From Octopus sinensis (lineage: Eukaryota), in the NCBI RefSeq assembly GCF_006345805.1, contig NW_021825405.1, forward strand, positions 1 to 15,835: a stretch of 15,835 bases of DNA, read 5' to 3'. Shown here piece after piece: positions 9,252 to 15,835 of this stretch; position 1 is the first letter of the stretch, and each line of letters starts with the position of its first letter. The notes under the pieces were generated by a model that was given only the letters and a program-made list of their open reading frames with translations, did no database searches and had not been told where the DNA came from. The translations under genes were made by a program, and so were the position numbers.

Positions 9252-10489
9252 ACAGAAGTAAGTAGACACCCCATAAAACATCATTTTATGTTTATTCTAA
9301 TTTTAAAGGTTTTTATTCTTTAATTAATCAAGATTTTTATGTTTCAGGTTCTATATGTGACTGTTTAATCATGCCATGTACAAAAGAAGTCTTGGATCTG
9401 TCTGAATTTCAAAGAGGCCATATTGTGGGTCATTCTGAAGGTGGACATAGTCAGCGTAAAATCGCAGAAAATTTTAGGATCCTGCTTTCTACAGTTAATA
9501 GAGTGATTGTACAATTCACCAGAGAGGGGAAAGAATCCACATCTCCTTTCCCAGGTTGACCAGGGCTCTCTCACCAGACCCTTCTCTTTGTTAAGAGAAG
9601 TGTGGAGGATAATCCTTGTTGCAAAGCCTCTGACATAGGGGAACACATTGATGTCAGTCCCAGAACAGCTGTCAGGTATCTCCACAAACTTGGTTACTAT
9701 GGCAGACCAGTAAGAAGGAAGCCACTTCTTTGACCAGCTAATATCAAGTGGAGAAAAGATTGGGCCAGTGAGTTAATGGAGAGGTCACTAGCATTTTGGG
9801 ACACTGTCATATTCTCCAGTAAGTCCAGATTTGCTGCATTTTCTGACAGTGGTCAAGTGTTGGTCTGGAGACTCTGTGATCAAGAATTCAATGTGAAAAT
9901 ATTGTGGCCAACAATGAAACATGGCAGCTATTCTGTGATGGTCTGAGGAGCAATTTGGAGCAATGGTCAATCAGAGCTGGTGGAGTGTGAGAGAAGCATA
10001 AACTCAGATGAATATATGCCAATATTGCAGAAAAGACTCCTTCCAATCATTTCCAGTTGCAAAAGGATTAAAGAAGACTATTTATGGAAGATGGGGCTCC
10101 TTGTCACATGGCTAAAATGACCTAAAATTTGTTGGATGAGAATAGCATTAAAAAGCTTCCACAGCAAGCCAGTAACCAGATATGAATCCTATTGAACACC
10201 TCTGGAGTATAATGGACAGGACTCTATAAAAAGGACAAGAAAGCATCTTCAAAGCCAGATCTTTTGAGATTACTGCATGAAACTTGGCAAGAAATTCCTC
10301 AAGAGAATATTCATCATCTGATCATTAACATGCCTAATAGGGTCCTTGCATTGAAAAATGCAAAAGGCATGTCTACTAAATATTAAATCTTCACATTATA
10401 GCAATTAATAAATAATTTGAAATGTATAATTTCAGATTTAAATAAATTTTAATGATTTTAAGGGTGTCTATTTACTTCTGTCATGTCTG
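9252..10489 (+). mobile_element. Decayed Tc1-family DNA transposon
   Basis: Inverted repeats ACAGAAGTAAGTAGACACCC...ATCATT (9252-9285) and AATGAT...GGGTGTCTATTTACTTCTGT (10451-10481) enclose a transposase pseudogene. Confidence 0.93.
9371..10386 (+). pseudogene. Tc1 DD34E transposase pseudogene
   Basis: Manual translation: [20 protein letters not shown] (HTH region), GRPVRRKPLL, WDTVIFSSKSRF (first catalytic D lost at 9818), TMKHGSYSVMV*GAI, DGAPCH (D at 10090), PDMNPIEHLW (E at 10194; 34 residues between D and E after restoring one base), AKGMSTKY*. In-frame stops at 9557, 9731, 9944 and later; at least 3 frameshifts. Confidence 0.95.
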
Positions 10490-10679
10490 TGTTTATTCAC
10501 AATTAGGCCCTTCGGCCAATATCAATCTGCCTCATGGTATCACCACCACCTCCTTAGTTACAGCTTGTCTTCGTCATCACTTGTCTTACTATCCCAAACC
10601 GTTTCACTTGTTATCCATCCTTTCTTTCATACTTTACCTAGCATAAAGTTGCTCACTCGGTGTTATTAGTCATACAAAG

Positions 10680-10835
10680 TGCATGGCAACATCACTAGGG
10701 CTAGTGGAATGTTAAAAGCACTCAAAGAGGCATCCAGTTGTAGAAGCAGACACTGGAGCATGATGCAGTTCTTGGGCCCAATGGATCCCTTCAAACTGTT
10801 CAAACATACCAGCAGAGAAAATGAAAGTGTAAAAT
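10680..10835 (+). mobile_element. Degenerate RTE-type 3'-tail repeat
   Basis: AAAAGCAC...GAGGCATCCAGTTGTAGAA...ATGATGAT resembles 15313-15580. Confidence 0.5.
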
Positions 10836-11152
10836 AATGATGATCTGTATAGGTTAATTAAGTCCATGCCCCTGCTCACAGTCTGTCCCTTACAAACCTT
10901 CCAAAACAACCCAACTTCTTAACATCTCTCCCCCTATGTTCAGCATTTGCTGTATTCCCCTCTCCTCTATTCCCCACTCTCTCTTACACCCTTATGAGCC
11001 TACCTGCACATATGTCCCTGTCAACTCTCCTCACAACAGATCCCCCTAACACCCTTTCCCTTCTACCTGTGTCCATTCACTACATTTCCACTCTTGTCCA
11101 TCTCCCACTCTCCTTTCACAATACCATGAACTTACTGACCCTCTAGACCTTA

Positions 11153-11476
11153 TTCAATGAAAGGCTGAAGACGCTCGACCTTTTTCCTCTCGAAAAATGC
11201 CGCCGCCGTGGTGATCTCATTCTCGCTCACAACATCATAAGCGGAAAGTGTAACCTCTCAAAAGAGATGTTCTTCACTCCTGCTCCAGAGCGTGGGCTGT
11301 GGGGTCACTCCGAAAAGCTCTATCTACGACGATTTCATCTCAATCGAAGGAGAGAGGCTTTCTCCGTCCGGGTTGTGGATCCATGGAATAAGCTGCCAGA
11401 CGAGATAGTGAAGATGTCGATGACCGCTCGGTTCAAAGTCTCTCTTGACCAGAAATGGCCTGAACTCTTTGTATGA
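11153..11476 (+). pseudogene. C-terminal fragment of CR1-like ORF2 (post-RT region)
   Basis: Uninterrupted frame FNERLKTLDLFPLEKCRRRGDLI...WGHSEKL...FSVRVVDPWNKLPDEIV...FKVSLD matches the CR1-clade pattern (ERL..L.LFSLE.RR.RGDLI; RGH..KL; FS.RVV..WN.LP; FK..LD). Confidence 0.88.
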
Positions 11477-11560
11477 CCACTCTCCCTGTACATAACTCCC
11501 TGTCCCACTACATAGCCTTGCTTTTGCTTTTTGAGCCAATAAAAATTGAATTAAATTGAA
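11153..11560 (+). mobile_element. 5'-truncated CR1-like LINE 3' end
   Basis: ORF2 C-terminus followed by short 3' UTR, AATAAA (11538-11543) and an AATTGAATTAAATTGAA tail. Confidence 0.88.
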
Positions 11561-11865
11561 AAATCCCTAGTTCTGCTTCATTTATTTATATACACCTCAC
11601 TGTAAAATTTATATATACTTCAGTGTATGCCTCATCTCATCTCCACCATCTTCTCTCTCTCCATTCCCTCTCCAACTTTTCCCCCAACTAATGCAGTCAT
11701 TTACCTGTTGAGAAGAAAGAGAATGAGGGAGAGGGAAAGCTCCTTTATTGCTGACATGTATATCTCCTCTACATCTATTTCTGTACCTCTATTCATATTC
11801 ATACAGCAAAACCCAAATTTGGTATCTATTCTGACCAAAGAATGTTGACTAAGAAATAACAAATA

Positions 11866-11900
<35 letters not shown>

Positions 11901-12181
11901 TGGAAGCACATGGCTAGTGGTTAGAGCAGCAGACTTGCAGATTGGATGATGTGTGTGTTTATGAGCGAAACACCTCTAAGCTCCATGTGGCTCCGGCAGA
12001 AGGTAATGGTGAACTTCTGCTCACTCCTTAACCACAACTTTCTCTGACTGGTTCCTCCTGCATCTAGTGACTCACCTGCAATGGACGAGCATCCCATTCA
12101 GGTGGGGAACCTATACGCCAATGAAATCAGGAAACCGGGACCTATGAGCCAGGTATGGCTTGAGAAGGAACAAACGACAAC

Positions 12182-12190
<9 letters not shown>
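11901..12190 (+). mobile_element. tRNA-derived SINE (head A, tail Y) lacking the B box, (AAC)n tail, flanked by (TA)n
   Basis: Colinear with 7239-7431 except for a ~27-nt deletion covering the B box; 3' end matches 7133-7230. Confidence 0.85.
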
Positions 12191-12214
<24 letters not shown>

Positions 12215-12409
12215 TTAATAGTTATCACGAAGCTAGCATGGCAGTCCAGGAAAATAGGATGAATGCTGCTGTTGATTAGCTCCAAGAAGCCATCGTCTCT
12301 AGCTAGTTATGTGACACACGAACCTGGGTCCATTATAACCTTCGAACAGGGGATGTCAGCTGCTTCCCCTTGCTGTGCTAATGTGGCTGTATTAACTTCT
12401 GAGCAACAC

Positions 12410-12515
12410 TGAACCAAGTTCAGTTCCAGTAGGTGACAACTTGGGAGGGTGTCTTCCATAATAGCCCCTGGGCCAACCAAAACCTTGCGAGTAGATTTTG
12501 TGGAAGGAATCAGAA
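12410..12515 (+). mobile_element. Degenerate SINE body
   Basis: TTCAGTTCC...CTTGGG...GTGTCTTCCATAATAGCC...CCAAAACCTTGCGAGTAGATTT; same family as 2860-2900 and 13340-13482. Confidence 0.65.
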
Positions 12516-12649
12516 AAATTGAGTATGTGTATTTATACATGTGTGTATGTATCTGTGTGAGTTTCAGTGTGTGTTAATATTTCCCAACCATGACTACACA
12601 TCGTAATTATAAACAAGTGTCACCATAACGGAAGTGGAATAATGACATC

Positions 12650-12795
12650 AGTGTTCGGGGAAAACTTGCCTGGATAATGTGAATTGTTACCTTGCTTGAA
12701 AATTGATAAGAATTGGTGACAGGAAGAACATTTAGATATAGAAAATCCAACTCAATAAACTCTGTCCAACCCATAGAAGCATTAAAATGATGATA
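12650..12795 (+). mobile_element. Degenerate RTE-type 3'-tail repeat
   Basis: GGTGACAGGAAGAACATTTAG..TAGAAAA...GTCCAACCCAT...AATGATGAT resembles 15313-15580. Confidence 0.45.
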
Positions 12796-12926
12796 TACAC
12801 ATGCACATACATACATATTTAAGCGTAGACCTACACACATACATAAATGCATGAATAAATTTTTTATCTTTTACTTCTTCATTTATTTGATGATGGGGAT
12901 TAAGAGGATGAAGAAATCGGCTTTCA

Positions 12927-13127
12927 TCCATTCAGGTGCTGGTACCACATAAAAAGCACCTGAGCTAGTGCTGCATAAATGCATCCATACCAGTGCTGTG
13001 TGAATGCATCCATGCTGGTGGCATGCAAAAAAGCTCACAGCACTCTGCTAAGTGCTGGAATTAAGAGGGGCATCCAGCTGTAGAAACCATGCCACAATAG
13101 ACAACTGGAATTTGGAGAACTCCCAGC
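12927..13127 (+). mobile_element. RTE-type tail repeat, near-duplicate of 15313-15512
   Basis: Colinear over ~200 bp at offset ~2386, including an identical ~50-bp block. Confidence 0.85.
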
Positions 13128-13265
13128 GGTACTTATTTTTTTTTTAAAAGCCTGGTACTTATTCTACAAATCTCTTTTGTTGGCCTGCTAAGTTACAGAG
13201 ACATAACCAACCCAACACAGGTTGTCTGGCAGTGTTGGGAAAAACACAAAGAAATAGACTCAAAC
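13128..13265 (-). mobile_element. Probable degenerate SINE fragment
   Basis: AAGCCTGGTACTTATTCT...CTCTTTTG...GCTAAGTTAC resembles a recalled octopus SINE body in antisense; no second full copy in the window. Confidence 0.5.
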
Positions 13266-13339
13266 ACTTCGATATATAGGTATTTCTCTCTCCCTTTCTA
13301 CAGACAAACATACAAACACAGACTTCAGGTTTCTTTCAT

Positions 13340-13482
13340 TTTTCAGTCTGCCAAACATACTCGACTATGGCTGGGCAAAGTCTATAATAGAAGACACTTG
13401 CCTGATGTGTCACAATGAGGGACTAAGCCCAGAACCTTCTGGTTGGGAAGCAACCTTCTTATTACACAGTCATACCTGCACC
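13340..13482 (-). mobile_element. tRNA-derived SINE 5' half
   Basis: Minus strand GGTGCAGGTATGACTGTGTAATAAG...GGTTCTGGGCTTAGTCCC...GGCAAGTGTCTTCTA; degenerate A/B boxes; homologous to 12410-12515. Confidence 0.7.
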
Positions 13483-13524
13483 TGATCATATACATATATA
13501 CATACATACATATATATGTATAGG

Positions 13525-13689
13525 TGTATATGTCCATAAACACACACATGATGAACATGTATGTATGTATTGATATATATATATATATATATATACACAC
13601 AACATATATATATGTGTGTGTGTATATGTCCATAAACACACACACACACACACACATAGTTGAACATATATATATGTATGTATGTATTG

Positions 13690-13727
<38 letters not shown>

Positions 13728-13790
13728 ATATGTCCATAGACACACACACACACAGTTGAACATATATATATGTATGTATGTATTGATATA
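13525..13790. repeat. Three-unit ~100-bp minisatellite built from microsatellite blocks
   Basis: TGTCCATA anchors at 13531, 13627 and 13731, each followed by (AC)n..GAACAT..GTATGTATTGATATA. Confidence 0.92.
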
Positions 13791-14167
13791 TCTCTCTATA
13801 TATAAACGGCAGTTTGTCTGTCTGTGTGTCTGTGTGTCTGTCAGGTTGTACCCTCACCCTGACCATGGCTTTCAACCGATTCTGATGAAACTTGACACAC
13901 ACATAGCCCAATGTCATAATTCAAAACTAACGCAGCGAAAATTTTGAAAAGTTCCCCCAGTTCTGAAAAAAATCGATAAATTCGACATGGGGTCGAGAAT
14001 CAGAAACACAAACCAGAGACTGTCTAGGGGACGCAACTGACCTTTTTAACTCTCAAAAAAATTTACCATAATTTTTTTCCATTTTTTCTATTTTTTGGCT
14101 ATAACTCTCTAAAAATGCTTTATAGTTATTTCCCTTACAAACCGAGCAACGCCGGGCGATACTGCTA

Positions 14168-14168
<1 letters not shown>
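13791..14168 (+). mobile_element. Non-autonomous Helitron (378 bp)
   Basis: 5' TC after A13790; (CTGT)-type internal repeat; subterminal hairpin CCGAGC-AAC-GCCGG (14142-14155, one bulge); 3' CTAG (14165-14168) before T14169; no TSD. Confidence 0.88.
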
Positions 14169-14203
<35 letters not shown>

Positions 14204-14913
14204 ACGCCAGGTCATCAGCATTACTCGGGCTCATCACAGATTTCGTATAAGACACATGCCCGCTCGAAGAATTTCACTTTCTTCTGCAATATTTCCAGCC
14301 CCAAATGGCTTATTTTTTTTTTATATTTACCATTATGTCTTTCTCCATTTCTAAGTTAAGAGTAAAAATAAAGCAACCCTGCAAAACACAACTGATATAT
14401 ACACACAGATTCACAGAATAACAGCAATCGAATAATGACAGCAGACTGCATAGCGAACATCAGCTATCTGGTTGTTGCCTGTACTCTTGACAAGAGATAC
14501 CAGTTAGTCTTTAACACCTACCAGGCTTGTTCGTATTAGCCTGAGTTGCTGGATGATTTTTTCCTTCTTTTAAGAATATTGTAGAACAGAAACTTTTCAT
14601 GGATTAGAATTTAAATCCTAATCTCTATAGAAATTTATTGTTTCAAGAAAACATTGAATTTGAATCACTTTCATTTTTATGATTATAGACAGCAACTCGG
14701 GCTGTAATTTCTGAGCCTGAGTTAGGTGCATGTAAATGTTGCTGAGCGAATGTCTGCTATGAATGATATTTTTTGACACAGGGCACCTCTGAATGAGAAT
14801 AAATTAACTGCAACCAAGCTCAATAAGAGGAGCCCAAGTTATTGGCTGCAATTACATCCTTGAAGACAGTGTTGGCCGAAAGTAAATCAGCTTGCAAATA
14901 CACATTCACTTTA

Positions 14914-15145
14914 GGGCGGCGAACTGGCAGAAACATTAGTACGCCAGGCGAAATGCGTAGCCATATTTCGTCTGCCGTTACGTTCTGGGTTCAAATTCTG
15001 CCGAGGTCGACTTTGCCTTTCATCCTTTCGGGGTGGATAAATGAAGTACCAGTTACGTACTGAGGTTGATGTAATCGACTTAATCCGTTTGTCTGTCTTT
15101 GTTTGTCCCCTCTGTGTTTAGCCCCTTGTGGGCAATAAAGAAATA
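14914..15145 (+). mobile_element. Full-length SINE with 18-bp target-site duplication
   Basis: AAATACACATTCACTTTA (14896-14913) and AAATGCACATTCACTTTA (15146-15163); B-box-like GGTTCAAATTC; A-rich end CAATAAAGAAATA. Confidence 0.9.
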
Positions 15146-15222
15146 AAATGCACATTCACTTTACTAAATTTATACCTGAGCTAAGCCCGAACAGTCCAAG
15201 TGATGGAGTCACAACTGATTGA

Positions 15223-15243
15223 TATATATACACACACACACAC

Positions 15244-15299
<56 letters not shown>

Positions 15300-15306
15300 A
15301 TATATA
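15223..15306. repeat. (CA)n/(TA)n compound microsatellite
   Basis: Direct reading. Confidence 0.95.
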
Positions 15307-15312
15307 TGTCTG

Positions 15313-15580
15313 TCCATTCAAGTGCTGGTGCCAAATAAAAAGCACTTGTGCCAGTGCTGCATAAATGCATCCATACCAGTGCTGTGTGAATGCATCCATG
15401 CTGGTGTCATGCTAAAAGCATGCAGCACTCTGCTAAGTGCTGGAATTAAGAGGGGCATCCAGCTGTAGAAACAATGTCACAACAGACAACTGGTGTTTGG
15501 AGAGCACCCAGCAGGCCAGTTCCATGTCAACCGTCCAACCCATGCTAGCATGGAAAGCCAATGTTAAACAATGAAGATGA
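15313..15580 (+). mobile_element. RTE-type tail repeat with degenerate (GAT)n end
   Basis: GGGCATCCAGCTGTAGAAAC...GTCAACCGTCCAACCCATGCTAGCATGGAAA...TTAAACAATGAAGATGAT; the most complete copy in the window. Confidence 0.8.
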
Positions 15581-15589
15581 TAACATATA

Positions 15590-15835
15590 TATCATTATGT
15601 ATAAATAAATGAACATATATATGCATATACAAATACACATGCATATAGACTTCTAACTCCATATGTATATACACGTGTGTACACTAAAGCATATGTATAT
15701 ACATAGACACAAATATATTCATATTCGTACACAAGACTATATACAGCCATGTGTACACAAACACACACACATATATATGTATACACATGTATCTAGGAAC
15801 ACTATATAATATGTAGTATATTGAAGTACATATAC
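15590..15835. repeat. Degenerate TA/CA low-complexity tract
   Basis: Direct reading. Confidence 0.85.

Noticed and set aside
9365-9970. Minus-strand ORFs of 106 aa and 60 aa
   Set aside because: Antisense shadows of the Tc1 transposase pseudogene.
10920-11150. C-rich tract as a G-quadruplex or triplex element
   Set aside because: Skew is real, but C runs are irregular and widely spaced and there is no clear mirror repeat.
13525-13790. CRISPR-like repeat-spacer appearance
   Set aside because: Intervening segments are homologous microsatellite blocks rather than unique spacers; eukaryotic context with no cas genes.
14539-14702. 13-bp inverted repeat GCCTGAGTTGCTG / CAGCAACTCGGGC as MITE termini
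   Set aside because: 12/13 match only, no convincing TSD and no second copy; could be chance.

Overview
Repeat-dense, non-genic eukaryotic DNA. The SINE families, from recollection rather than a search, point to an octopod cephalopod. I find no intact host gene or true tRNA/rRNA gene; nearly all long ORFs in the track come from (TA)n/(CA)n/(ATAC)n repeats. Supported contents: several tRNA-derived SINEs (two with clear target-site duplications), a decayed Tc1 DD34E transposon with TIRs (9252-10489), a 5'-truncated CR1-like LINE 3' end (11153-11560), a non-autonomous Helitron (13791-14168), RTE-type 3'-tail repeats, and micro/minisatellites. Least explained: (1) a ~347-bp insert bracketed by a 13-bp direct repeat and containing a 142-bp-arm palindrome with a 1-nt loop (5509-5855); (2) the ~1.9-kb, 16-18% GC, strand-skewed, CpG-retaining domain around it; (3) a degenerate minimal hammerhead ribozyme fold in a small (TA)n-flanked element (3142-3189, minus). 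None demonstrates a new biological system; they are leads.
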